Below, in pieces: positions 26,001-37,600 of a DNA stretch of 64,000 bases. Both the position numbers and the translations under genes were made by a program. The notes below the pieces were generated by a model. The model was not told the origin of the DNA. It did no database searches and saw only the letters and a list, made by a program, of their open reading frames with translations. The DNA comes from Macrostomum lignano (Eukaryota). The first letter of the stretch is position 1; each line of letters opens with the position of its first letter. The stretch spans positions 248,001 to 312,000 of the forward strand of contig NIVC01000085.1 in the NCBI GenBank assembly GCA_002269645.1, in the 5' to 3' direction.

Positions 26001-29000
26001 GATTAGCTCGTACCTTTGAGTGCGAATTTCGTACAGTGAAAATGATAGAGAAATAATGGACTAGAGGGAGTGAGACGGAGGGAGGAGGGAGAGATGGGAG
26101 AGGGAGAGGGTGAGAAGCAGAAAGTGAGAGAGAGATAGTGAGAAGCAGAAGGTGAGAGAGAGGGAGAGGGTAGGAGACATAAGGTGAGAGGGAGAGGGAG
26201 AGAGGCATAAGGTGAGAGGGAGAGGGTAGGAGGCATAAGGTGAGAGGGAGAGGGAGAGAGGCATAAGGTGAGAGGGAGAGGGTAGGAGGCATAAGGTGAG
26301 AGGGAGAGGGTGAGAGGCAGAAAGTGAGAGAGAGGGAGAGGGTAGGAGGCATAAGGTGAGAGGGAGAGGGTAGGAGGCAGAAAGTGAGAGAGAGGGAGAG
26401 GGTAGGAGGCATAAGGTGAGAGGGAGAGGGTGAGAAGCAGAAGGTGAGAGGGAGAGGGAGAGGGTGAGAGGCAGAAGGTGAGAGGGAGAGGGTGAGAGGC
26501 AGAAAGTGAAAGAGAGGGAGAGGGTGAGAGGCAGAAGGTGAGAGGGAGAGGGAGAGAGGCAGAAGGTGAGAGGGAGAGAGTGAGAGGCATAAGGTGAGAG
26601 GGAGAGGGTAGGAGGCATAAGGTGAGAGGGAGAGGGAGAGAGGCATAAGGTGAGAGGGAGAGGGTAGGAGGCATAAGGTGAGAGGGAGAGGGTAGGAGGC
26701 AGAAGGTGAGAAGAAGAGGGAGAGGGTGAGAGGCAGAAGGTGAGAGGGAGAGGGAGAGAGGCATAAGGTGAGAGGGAGAGGGAGAGAGGCATAAGGTGAG
26801 AGGGAGAGGGTAGGAGGCAGAAGGTGAGAAGAAGAGGGAGAGGGTGAGAGGCAGAAGGTGAGAGGGAGAGGGAGAGAGGCAGAAGGTGAGAGGGAGAGAG
26901 TGAGAGGCAGAAAGTGAGAGAGAGGGAGAGAGGCAGAAGGTGAGAGGGAGAGGGAGAGAGGCAGAAGGTGAGAGGGAGAGGGTGAGAGGCAGAAAGTGAG
27001 AGGGAGAGGGAGAGGGTGAGAAGCAGAAGGTGAGAGGGAGAGGGTGAGAAGCAGAAGGTGAGAGGGAGAGGGTGAGAAGCAGAAGGTGAGAGGGAGAGGG
27101 TGAGAAGCAGAAGGTGAGAGGGAGAGGGTGAGAAGCAGAAGGTGAGAGGGAGAGGGTGAGAGGCAGAAAGTGAGAGGGAGAGGGAGAGGGTGAGAAGCAG
27201 AAGGTGAGAGGGAGAGGGTGAGAAGCAGAAGGTGAGAGGGAGAGGGTGAGAAGCAGAAGGTGAGAGGGAGAGGGTGAGATTAAGCAGAAGGTGAGAGGGA
27301 GAGGGTGAGAGGCAGAAAGTGAGAGAAGAGGGGAGAGCTGGAAGGTAACTAGTAGCGCACAGCACTATGCCTCAGAGGTGACTGTACAAGACGACACAGC
27401 TGTTCCATTCTCGCCAAAAAACCCAGCCACTCAGGCGGGCAGTCGGGGAGCTGCTCACCCAGCGAGATCCGTGCCGGCACCGCCTCGATGCTGATCCAGA
27501 AGGACACCCAGGACAGGATGACAATGAGAGTGCTGGGCACGTAGTACTGGATCAGGTACACCGCGAATACCCTGCGGAGCACGAACTGCACCCTCAGGCA
27601 GGGGTACTCGCCTGGGAGGGGAGAGCGAGCGAGTAATTGAGTACTTGAGACTCCCTTCTGCATCGCTCTTTCTCCATCTTCCTCTCCCTGTTTCTCTTCC
27701 TCTCCCTCTTTCTCTCACTCTCTCCCTCTCCCTCTCCTCTCCCTCTCCTCTCCCTCTCCCTCTTTCTCTCCCTCTTCCTCTCCCTCTCTCTCCCTCTCCC
27801 CCTTTTTTCCTCTCCCTCTTCCTACCATTCTTCCTCTTTCTTATATTTTATTACGAGCGCGTATTGACTAACCTTCTTCCACATCTTCTTTGCCGACTAA
27901 ATATTATTCAATTTCCTTTTTCTATTGTTCCCTATTATTCCCTATCTGACTTTCCTGACTTCCCTATCCCTATTATTCCACTGTCAGAACACTTTCCGCT
28001 TTTTAGCTCAATCAAATCTCGTTTCCATTTCAAATTCAGGAAATTGAATAAATATGATCAGATCAACACGCTTAACAATCGTAAAATACCTGTTTAACAG
28101 GATTAATTTCCTGTATAGATCATACATTTCCTGTTTCTTGTATAAGCAAGCCGACAATCGACCGACAACCAGAACGCACAACACACTCGAACTGATGTAC
28201 GCACGCGGGCAGGCGCTCTCATACAGTAGCCCAGACTCTCCTGCTTTACCTAATACTGGAGTCTCTTCTCCACTCTTAGAACAAACAATGATTTACTGTG
28301 CTATGAGTAGATGGCGGACATTACTGGTATATTAATACACTTTCCCTAGGGAATGTGTCCCGTGTAGAGGGCAAAAATCCATTATGCTGCAGACTTATCA
28401 AAACTAAAGTTGGTCGAGTTTCTGTTTTATGCTGTTTTTACACAATAATTATTTGTTCAAGTATGGCTTCTTTATGTCTACATGTAAATTTGATTTCCCC
28501 CAGAGGGGAGCGGGGTGTGCTAGTCTAGCTTAATAGGCAGATACATCTGAAGGCTACGTACGGCTGTTCAGTCCAAGGACTGGGGGGTCGCCATACACCC
28601 TCAATTGCCCCAGCTAATGCTGGCACCCATTTTACAGCTGGGTGAACTGAAGCATTGCAGAGTTAAGTATCTTGCTCAAGGACACAAATTGTCCCGAATG
28701 CGCCAGGAATCGAACCCTCGATCTTCCAGTAGTGAGTCCGGCGCTCCTACCACTAGGCTACAAGCCCCTTCTATCTGGATGCAGCCTTCAGTTTAACACG
28801 TAAATTAGTAGATAAAGTACAAGCCCCCCGAAGGGGGTCTTAACTGCTAGTCTAGTATACTAAAATAATGTGAGCATTTTGAAAGCAAAATCAGCTGACC
28901 AGAAATGTATTCGGTATCGCAGCTCGTCGTACTCCAATTAGTCAGCACAAATTGGGGCAGGTGGAAATTTTTGTTAATCTCGAAGGGTTTCTCCGGTCGC

Positions 29001-32000
29001 CAGCGCAGTCGCAGCTCTTGTCTGGTGAATCGATCTGAAATTTCGTGATCAGCAAATTTTGAACTGCTTGCTCTGAGTGGTTATCGAAGTCTTGCTAACT
29101 TTAACTTTCAAGGATGTTTCTTCGGGCTTCGTGGATGACCTGATAATATTTTGCTTTGACATTTATTGTGAATACATTTTTAAATTCTGTCAAGATGTCA
29201 GCCTAAAATTGGGTTTCTGTCTAGATCTGTTAATAAAGTTCTCCTTGTGAGTGTGCATAAGTATCTGAAATCGAGTGTGAGATGCAACTGGGGTATCGGG
29301 ACTGAGATGGGACTTGAGACTTAGATGAGACTTGAGACTGGGATGGGACTTGTGACTGAGATGGGACTTGAGACTTAGATGAGACTTGAGACTTAGATGA
29401 GACTTGAGACTGGGATGGGACTTGAGACTGAGATGGGACTTGAGACTTAGATGAGACTTGAGACTTAGATGGAACTTTGAGACTGGGATGGGACTTAAGA
29501 CTGAGATGGGACTTGAGACTGAGATGGGACTTGAGACTGAGATGGGACTTGAGACTGAGATGGGACTTGAGACTGAGATGGGACTTGAGACTGAGATGGG
29601 ACTTGAGACTGAGATGGGACTTGAGACTGAGATGGGAATTTAAGGCTGAGATGGGACTTGAGACTGAAATGGGACTTGAGACTGAGATAGGACTTGAGAC
29701 TGAGATGGGACTTGAGACTTAGATGAGACTTGAGACTGAAATGGGACTTGAGACTGAGATGGGACTTGAGACTGAGATGGGACTTGAGACTGGGATGGGA
29801 CTGAGACTGAGATGGAAGTTGGACTGAGATGGGACTTAAAACTGACATAGGAATGAGATATTAAGGCTGAGATATAACTTGAGATAGGACAGGGATCTTG
29901 AAATATTTTGCTAAAATCCCTGTATCTGTTATTCTCTCTTCTATAAAGCAATTCCCTATAGATGAAAGCAGCATCGCGCACAGCTCTCCATGATGATCTC
30001 GCAAGTCTGCGTGTCCAGCGGAAATCTGTAGAGCCCCATGTGGCAGCCAAGACGAAGGCTAATCCTGCAGATTAAGGGGTGTTTGATTGAATATTAGAAA
30101 TGTAAAAATAATCTATCTTTTTGCGACCTAGTTTGCTCAGAGCAAGCCAAGCACCAGAGACAGATATGAAAGGAGCGAGAATTGCCAACAACTGCCACTT
30201 CCTGCCGCCATATTCATCCTTTATCAACCCAGCTAAGCGAGCTAAGTGGAACCATACTCAAACGTACGTCCAGAGGTGTGTCAAGAGCTGGTCGAAAACT
30301 TTGACTGAATGACAGTCATCTTTGGGCAAACTATAGGTCGCAGTTGTAGCAAAATTGAATGCAGTTTCCTGAGATTAGTCTATGGCTCAAGCTGGGGTCA
30401 TAATGGGACATGGATATAGGCATGAGTTTCCGAGACCTGCTAGAGTAGTACACCTCGCCGTTAGGCTTGATCCTGAGCAGCTTGTTGGGGATGGTGATGT
30501 CGTGGTATTTGGCCTGCTTCTCGTTCATGAAGATGATATCCGGCAGCCAGATCTCGTCGATGAGGCGGGGATCAATGGTCAGGCCTGTGGTGTCGTTCAG
30601 AGCAGTCGGAGGCTGGGCGGTCTGGAACTGCGGCAGCGGCTGCGGGACGCCGTGACCCCGCATGTCGGTGACATTGTAGGACAGTCGCCTGTCGATCCAG
30701 GACAGCCTTAGGAAGATTTGGATGCTGTAGTCCTGTCGCGGAGGAAATTAGAGGGGCTCAAGTTTTACTCCAGGACGTGCTCCATATAGGCGCGCAAGGG
30801 GTCTCCCCTCATACGTCTTCCAATATATATTTAATATATAACTCATTGTGATTGATGGAGAAGAATTGAAACAGGTGAAGAAAGTTTAAGTATCTGGAGG
30901 CAACCATCATGGAGAATGGGACATCGGAGGAAGAGATCAGAATCCGAATTGGCGTCGCAACCAGCTCAATGATAGGGCTTGAAGAGCTTTCGCGGCTCAA
31001 AGGAGTCGGTTTGAATAATCGCCCCAAGATTACAAAGGCGGTCACATGGGGGACACTGCTCTATGGGTGGACTCTGGGGAAGAAGCTGGACTCTGGGGAA
31101 GAAAAGTATGGAGACACCCAAAGCGTTCGAAATGAAATGTTACAGAAGAATGCTAAGGATTTCATGAAAAGAGAAAAAGACGTCAAATGCCTGGGTTTGG
31201 AACCAGAATCTGCGGAGATTATTAAGCTGAGAAATCTAAAATATTTTGGACATCAGACGAGGAATGGAGCTATGACAAGGTTTTTGTATTCAAGGAGAGC
31301 AATGGAAGGTGAAAGAAGAATCAATAGACCGAAAAGGCAGTGAAGATGACCTGAAGGACTGGACCGGATGAACCAGGGGAAATGTAGCCAACATTTTAAC
31401 GGGTAATTAGAATGTAGTCCAGGTCCCCCAAGGGGGTCTTAATTGCTAGTCCTATATACTAAACATGGTTTGTGTTTATGTCCATACGTGATTGATTGAA
31501 AGATCAAGTTTAGAGTCTGAACTTTTAAGACTGAATATTTTAAAGCTGAAGAAAGCTGCTCAAGGTTTTTGCTTTTTTCACAAGTCGTTAATAGTTCTGA
31601 AAGCTTTAGAAGTACATGTGAGCAACCGTCACAAAAGTTCGGTTAGAAATTAGAAATCTCTAAGGACAAAAATACTTTTAAGAAAAGATTCGAGACTGAT
31701 TAAAAAAAATCGATTTTTCTTCCCTATAGTTGCTGCTTTTTTCGATTTAAATTTTATTGTATAAATACATTTTCTTACACAAATTAGCCTTATATATACG
31801 TTAACCAAACCGTTTATCTGGGAAGATTAGTATGAAAAACACAACACACACAAAACTACCATGCCGGGAGCTGCAGATTTGTGTGCATTTGAGCGTCTCA
31901 TCTGAGCGTAGGCCAAATTTAATAAAAATTTAATTAGCCTTGAGCAAGGGGCAGGATGGGGTGGACAGAGGCACCGCTCACTACATCCCTAGTCATGTGG

Positions 32001-34050
32001 CGGCAGCCGCGGGATGGGGGCACGGATTATAAATGGGAATAGCTAGGTTTATATTATGTCTCTCCATCTCTCTAGCGATTTATATGGCTGGTTTGAGCTT
32101 CTCTGCAGCCTGCCTGACCGCTCAGGACAGTCAAGTGGACCAGAGTGACGAATTCTCCAGCTTGCAGCTTATAGCAATCAAAGTCGCCACTTTCTATAAG
32201 ATGCCAGAAAGGTCGCGATACGAGGAGAGAGAGAGTGTGTGTGTAGCGGTTCTCTCCCCAACAGCGAGTCAATCAATAACTTCTACTCATATGAGTAGAG
32301 AGCTTTTCTTTCTTCCCAGCTGGAGATTACAGCTTCGTCGAGAGACGATCGCAGCAGCCTCGCCACCTAGGCATTTCCGCTGCTCATATATCCAGAATCA
32401 ATCAGATTTAGGATAGCTGTGAGCTCTGTGTACACCCTCCATTGGTAATCAATTCAAATGATGTCTCAGTCTCAGCGTATGACTTTTGGCAATATCTCTG
32501 ACTTCATAGCTTCATAAGTTTGTTCGTTTGCGCAACAGAGGCGCAATGCTAATGTTTGCATTAGCGCCGTGGTTGGTGTCTTTACTTAGTCTGATGGCTC
32601 ATTTCAGATAAAAATGATTGGATCCCTGGTCAGACTCACCATGGACTCCACATTAACAGAGTCGAACGTGTTGACATAGATGCCGATTTCAACTACAGTT
32701 GGCCGGCCTGGAATGTTAAAGCGTGTTTGTACTTTTACGTGCTGTGAGGCTTCAGTATAGAGACCTGCATGCAACCCGTGGAAAGTAAAGGCAAATGGGG
32801 TCCAATCAGTTGTCTGATGCCCCTTGGTGCTGGCGCCCCTTGGTGCTGGCGCCCCTTGGTGCTGGCGCCCCTTGGTGCTGGCGCCCCTTGGTGCTGGCGC
32901 CCCTTGGTGCTGGCGCCCCTTGGTGCTGGCGCCCCTTGGTGCTGGCGCCCCTTGGTGCTGGCGCCCCTTGGTGCTGGCGCCCCTTGGTGCTGGCGCCCCT
33001 TGGTGCTGGCGCCCCTTGGTGCTGGCGCCCCTTGGTGCTGGCGCCCCTTGGTGCTGGCGCCCCTTGGTGCTGGCGCCCCTTGGTGCTGGCGCCCCTTGGT
33101 GCTGGCGCCCCTTGGTGCTAAAGCCCCTTGGTGCTAAAGCCCCTTGGTGCTCGCGCCCCTTGGTGCTGGCGCCCCTTGGTGCTGGCGCCCCTTGGTGCTG
33201 GCGCCCCTTGGTGCTGGCGCCCCTTGGTGCTGGCGCCCCTTGGTGCTGGCGCCCCTTGGTGCTGGCGCCCCTTGGTGCTCGTGCCCCTTGGTGCTGGCGC
33301 CCCTTGGGCGTGGCCCCTAATGAAAAATCCTGGCTAAGTCAAATAATAAAACAAGCTGCAATAATCCGTAAACTCACCTGTGATGAGGTGTGGCGGGGCA
33401 ATAAAGTTGTTCATCATGCTAAACACGGGAGTCCTGGCGCTGTCGAGCCCGACTCTTCGGCTGCAAAGGCATTTTATTGATGGTGCAGTCAGGCCCACTC
33501 CACTGACCCCTGAGCAATAACGTACGCACACTTGTAAGATGCACACGAACTGCGCACTGCAGAGCCTTTCTGAGCACCCACAAAAGTTGCAGAAGTTTAT
33601 GTACTTCAAAATAATAATAATTGATTACACCTGCCCTAATAGGCAGTTGTGCAACCCCGCTCAGCCCCAGTCCAAGGACTGGGGGGGGGTCACCACACAC
33701 AGCCTCAATTACCCCACCACTAGGGCGGCTTACAATTCCACAATTAAAACTCCACCCAGTTGGAATAAATCGGGGGGGGGGGCGTCAAAATTCAGGTTTC
33801 CAAAATTAAATTTGATTTATCCTGACACACGCTCTCTGTCTCTCTCTCTCTTAGTTGACCTTGTTTGCACTAGCAAGAAAAATAATCGATTCCTCAGCAT
33901 ATACCTGTCACTGTCTCTGCACTGACAGCAGTTTCTGGAGACCGACTGCTTCATTTCGCCGCAGTTATTATTTGCTGAACTTGTAGCAGCCCGACTGCTC
34001 ACAAGCAGCCAGGCCAGGGACAGCAGGTAGAACAGGTGCTCGACCGGCAT
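23024..34050 (-). CDS. Cys-loop ligand-gated chloride channel subunit (GlyR/GluCl/GABA-receptor-like), ~485 aa; exons 34050-33905, ~33502-33378, 32707-32640, 30732-30437, 30064-29982, 29034-28900, 27611-27459, 24702-24413, 23185-23024
   Basis: Signal peptide [17 protein letters not shown]; [23 protein letters not shown]; [12 protein letters not shown]; [12 protein letters not shown]; Cys-loop [15 protein letters not shown]; loop-C Cys pair; M1 [22 protein letters not shown]; anion-selective PAR motif; M3 YIKAIDIW; M4 [21 protein letters not shown]. Splice phases are consistent throughout. The exon-1/2 junction is ambiguous and the ligand is unknown. Confidence 0.92.
23216..24395. repeat. 21-bp intronic minisatellite (GTAGCTTAGATATGTACACAG)
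   Basis: Fills the last intron of the channel gene. Confidence 0.95.
24790..25465. repeat. ~25-bp intronic minisatellite (GGGTTATGAATTATGAAATATGACT)
   Basis: Seen directly. Confidence 0.9.
26065..27340. repeat. GA-rich polypurine minisatellite (GGTGAGAGGGAGAGGG...GCAGAA); a CT-rich tract follows at ~27660-27830
   Basis: Seen directly; explains the Leu/Ser/Pro-rich ORFs. Confidence 0.9.
28530..28760 (-). mobile_element. tRNA-derived SINE (family with GTGTCCTTGAGCAAG central box)
   Basis: Homologous to 45443-45730; minus-strand head GCCTAGTGGTAGG...GGGTTCGATTCC. Confidence 0.8.
29290..29850. repeat. 18-bp intronic minisatellite (GAGACTGAGATGGGACTT)
   Basis: Seen directly. Confidence 0.9.
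30850..31375 (+). mobile_element. Decayed RTE-clade non-LTR retrotransposon 3' fragment
   Basis: [41 protein letters not shown]: typical C-terminal motifs of RTE reverse transcriptase ORFs, with frameshifts. Confidence 0.75.
32815..33310. repeat. 16-bp near-perfect minisatellite (GCCCCTTGGTGCTGGC)
   Basis: ~30 copies inside channel intron 2. Confidence 0.95.
33609..33726 (-). mobile_element. Internally deleted SINE copy (same family as 45443)
   Basis: (AAT)n tail, TTGATTACACCTGCCCTAAT, CACACACAGCCTCAATTACCCCA joined to CCACTAGG. Confidence 0.7.
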
Positions 34051-34609
34051 TTTAGAATGACACCCAAAAATCAACTCTCTCAGAATCAATGATCGGATTT
34101 AAGTGGCTTTAATGTTTTACGCGCTAGAAATGATGGAAGGCCAATGACAGACCTCAGCCAATCACAGACCTAACGACCAGAGTGTTTCTAGTCTGGCAAA
34201 GGGCGCAAAACTATAGGACATAAAATTGTGTGAAAAGTGGACACCTGCCCTCCCCAACCCTCTCCGAACAGACAATGAGAAAACCGGGAGGATGCTACGG
34301 GTTTGGTAGAGCAGCGAAAATCGACTATTTGCTCTCGTCTTTTTTAACTGAGCAACGGCCTGAGATATGATGAACTGCAATTGGGAGATACACGGATACA
34401 CGGATAAAACGGATACGCGGATGCCTGACTATTGGCTTGTTTTACGGAGAGGCCTGCAGGTGAAGGAGGAGAGAGATGATACGACCTTGGTTGCTATGTA
34501 ATTATTGTTTGTACGTTTTCACCCGAGCTAGTAAAAAAGGACACGCTGACGCTTCATTTTGAGTCTTATAAAGAACGAACAGAATTGTGACTGCCCCTGA
34601 TGCCAGACT

Positions 34610-37600
34610 GCTGTAGACTGTGTCAGTTCCAAGTCAGACTTTGCCAGTTCCCAGTGAGACTGTGTCAGTTCCCAAGTGAGACTGTGTCAGTTCCAATTTG
34701 AGACTGTGTCAGTTCCCAGTGAGACTGTGTCAGTTCCAAGTCAGACTTTGCCAGTTCCCAGTGAAACTGTGTCAGTTCCCAAGTGAGACTGTGTCAGTTC
34801 CAATTTGAGACTGTGTCAGTTCCCAGTGAGACTGTGTCAGTTCCAATTTGAGACTGTGTCAGTTCCCAGTGAGACTGTGTCAGTTCCAAGTGAGACTGTG
34901 TCAGTTCCAAGTGAGACTGTGTCAGTTCCAAGTGAGACTGTGTCAGTTCCAAGTCAGACTTTGCCAGTTCCAAGTGAAACTGTGTCAGTTCCAAGTGAGA
35001 CTGTGTCAGTTCCAAGTCAGACTTTGCCAGTTCCAAGTGAAACTGTGTCAGTTCCAAGTGAGACTGTGTCAGTTCCAATTTGAGACTGTGTCAGTTCCAA
35101 TTTGAGACTGTGTCAGTTCCCAGTGAGACTGTGTCAGTTCCCAAAGAGACTGTGTCAGTTCCCAGTGAGACTGTGTCAGTTCCCAGTGAGACTGTGTCAG
35201 TTCCAAGTGAGACTGTGTCAGTTCCAATTTGAGACTGTGTCATTTCCCAGTGAGACTGTGTCAGTTCCCAAGTGAGACTGTGTCAGTTCCCAGTGAGACT
35301 GTGTCAGTTCCCAAGTGAGACTGTGTCAGTTCCAAGTGAGACTGTGTCAGTTCCCAGTGAGACTGTGTCAGTTCCAAGTGAGACTGTGTCAGTTCCAATT
35401 TGAGACTGTGTCAGTTCCAAGTGAGACTGTGTCAGTTCCAATTTGAGACTGTGTCAGTTCCCAGTGAGACTGTGTCAGTTCCCAGTGAGACTGTGTCAGT
35501 TCCCAAGTGAGACTGTGTCAGTTCCCAGTGAGACTGTGTCAGTTCCCAAGTGAGACTGTGTCAGTTCCAAGTCAGACTGTGTCAGTTCCCAGTGAGACTG
35601 TGTCAGTTCCAAGCCAGACTTTGCCAGTTCCAAGTGAAACTGTGTCAGTTCCAAGTGAGACTGTGTCAGTTCCAATTTGAGACTGTGTCAGTTCCAATTT
35701 GAGACTGTGTCAGTTCCCAGTGAGACTGTGTCAGTTCCCAGTGAGACTGTGTCAGTTCCCAGTGAGACTGTGTCAGTTCCAAGTGAGACTGTGTCAGTTC
35801 CAAGTCAGACTTTGCCAGTTCCAAGTGAAACTGTGTCAGTTCCAAGTGAGACTGTGTCAGTTCCAAGTCAGACTTTGCCAGTTCCAAGTGAAACTGTGTC
35901 AGTTCCAAGTGAGACTGTGTCAGTTCCAATTTGAGACTGTGTCAGTTCCAATTTGAGACTGTGTCAGTTCCCAGTGAGACTGTGTCAGTTCCCAAAGAGA
36001 CTGTGTCAGTTCCCAGTGAGACTGTGTCAGTTCCCAGTGAGACTGTGTCAGTTCCAAGTGAGACTGTGTCAGTTCCAATTTGAGACTGTGTCATTTCCCA
36101 GTGAGACTGTGTCAGTTCCCAAGTGAGACTGTGTCAGTTCCCAGTGAGACTGTGTCAGTTCCCAAGTGAGACTGTGTCAGTTCCAAGTGAGACTGTGTCA
36201 GTTCCCAGTGAGACTGTGTCAGTTCCAAGTGAGACTGTGTCAGTTCCAATTTGAGACTGTGTCAGTTCCAAGTGAGACTGTGTCAGTTCCAATTTGAGAC
36301 TGTGTCAGTTCCCAGTGAGACTGTGTCAGTTCCCAGTGAGACTGTGTCAGTTCCCAAGTGAGACTGTGTCAGTTCCCAGTGAGACTGTGTCAGTTCCCAA
36401 GTGAGACTGTGTCAGTTCCAAGTGAGACTGTGTCAGTTCCCAGTGAGACTGTGTCAGTTCCAAGCCAGACTTTGCCAGTTCCAAGTGAAACTGTGTCAGT
36501 TCCAAGTGAGACTGTGTCAGTTCCAATTTGAGACTGTGTCAGTTCCAATTTGAGACTGTGTCAGTTCCCAGTGAGACTGTGTCAGTTCCCAGTGAGACTG
36601 TGTCAGTTCCCAGTGAGACTGTGTCAGTTCCCAGTGAGACTGTGTCAGTTCCAAGTGAGACTGTGTCAGTTCCAATTTGAGACTGTGTCAGTTCCCAGTG
36701 AGACTGTGTCAGTTCCCAAGTGAGACTGTGTCAGTTCCCAGTGAGACTGTGTCAGTTCCCAAGTGAGACTGTGTCAGTTCCAAGTGAGACTGTGTCAGTT
36801 CCCAGTGAGACTGTGTCAGTTCCAAGTAAGACTGTGTCAGTTCCAATTTGAGACTGTGTCAGTTCCCAGTGAGACTGTGTCAGTTCCCAGTGAGACTGTG
36901 TCAGTTCCCAAGTGAGACTGTGTCAGTTCCCAGTGAGACTGTGTCAGTTCCCAAGTGAGACTGTGTCAGTTCCAAGTGAGACTGTGTCAGTTCCCAGTGA
37001 GACTGTGTCAGTTCCAAGTGAGACTGTGTCAGTTCCAATTTGAGACTGTGTCAGTTCCAAGTGAGACTGTGACAGTCCCAAGCGAGACTGTGTCAGTCTT
37101 AAGTGAGACTGTGTCAGTCCCAAGTGAGACTGTGTCAGTCCCAATAAGACTGTGTCAGTTCCAAGCGAGACTGTGTCAGTCCCAAGTGAGACTGTGTCAG
37201 TCTTAAGTGAGACTGTGTCAGTCCCAAGAAGACTGTGTCAGTTCCAAGCGAGACTGTGTCAGTTCCAAGTGAGACTGTGTCAGTTCCAAGTGAGACTGTG
37301 TCAGTTCCAAGTGAAACTGTGTCAGTCCCAAGTGAGACTGTGCCAGTTCTAATTCAGACTGTGTCAGTCCCAAGTCAGACTGTGTCAGTTCCAAGTGAGA
37401 CTGTGTCAGTTCCAAGTGAGACTGTGTCAAATCCAAGTGAGACTGTGTCAGTTCCAAGTGAGACTGTGTCAGTTCCCAAGTGAGACTGTGTCAGTTCCCA
37501 AGTGAGACTGTGTCAGTTCCAATTTGAGACTGTGTCAGTTCCCAAGTGAGACTGTGTCAGTCCCAAGCGAGACTGTGTCAGTTCCAATTTGAGACTGTGT

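Noticed and set aside
32033-32416. 127-aa plus-strand ORF with a hydrophobic, signal-peptide-like N-terminus nested antisense in a channel intron
   Set aside because: No recognisable homology or repeated processing sites, and it contains simple-repeat-derived sequence. It could be chance and needs RNA-seq.
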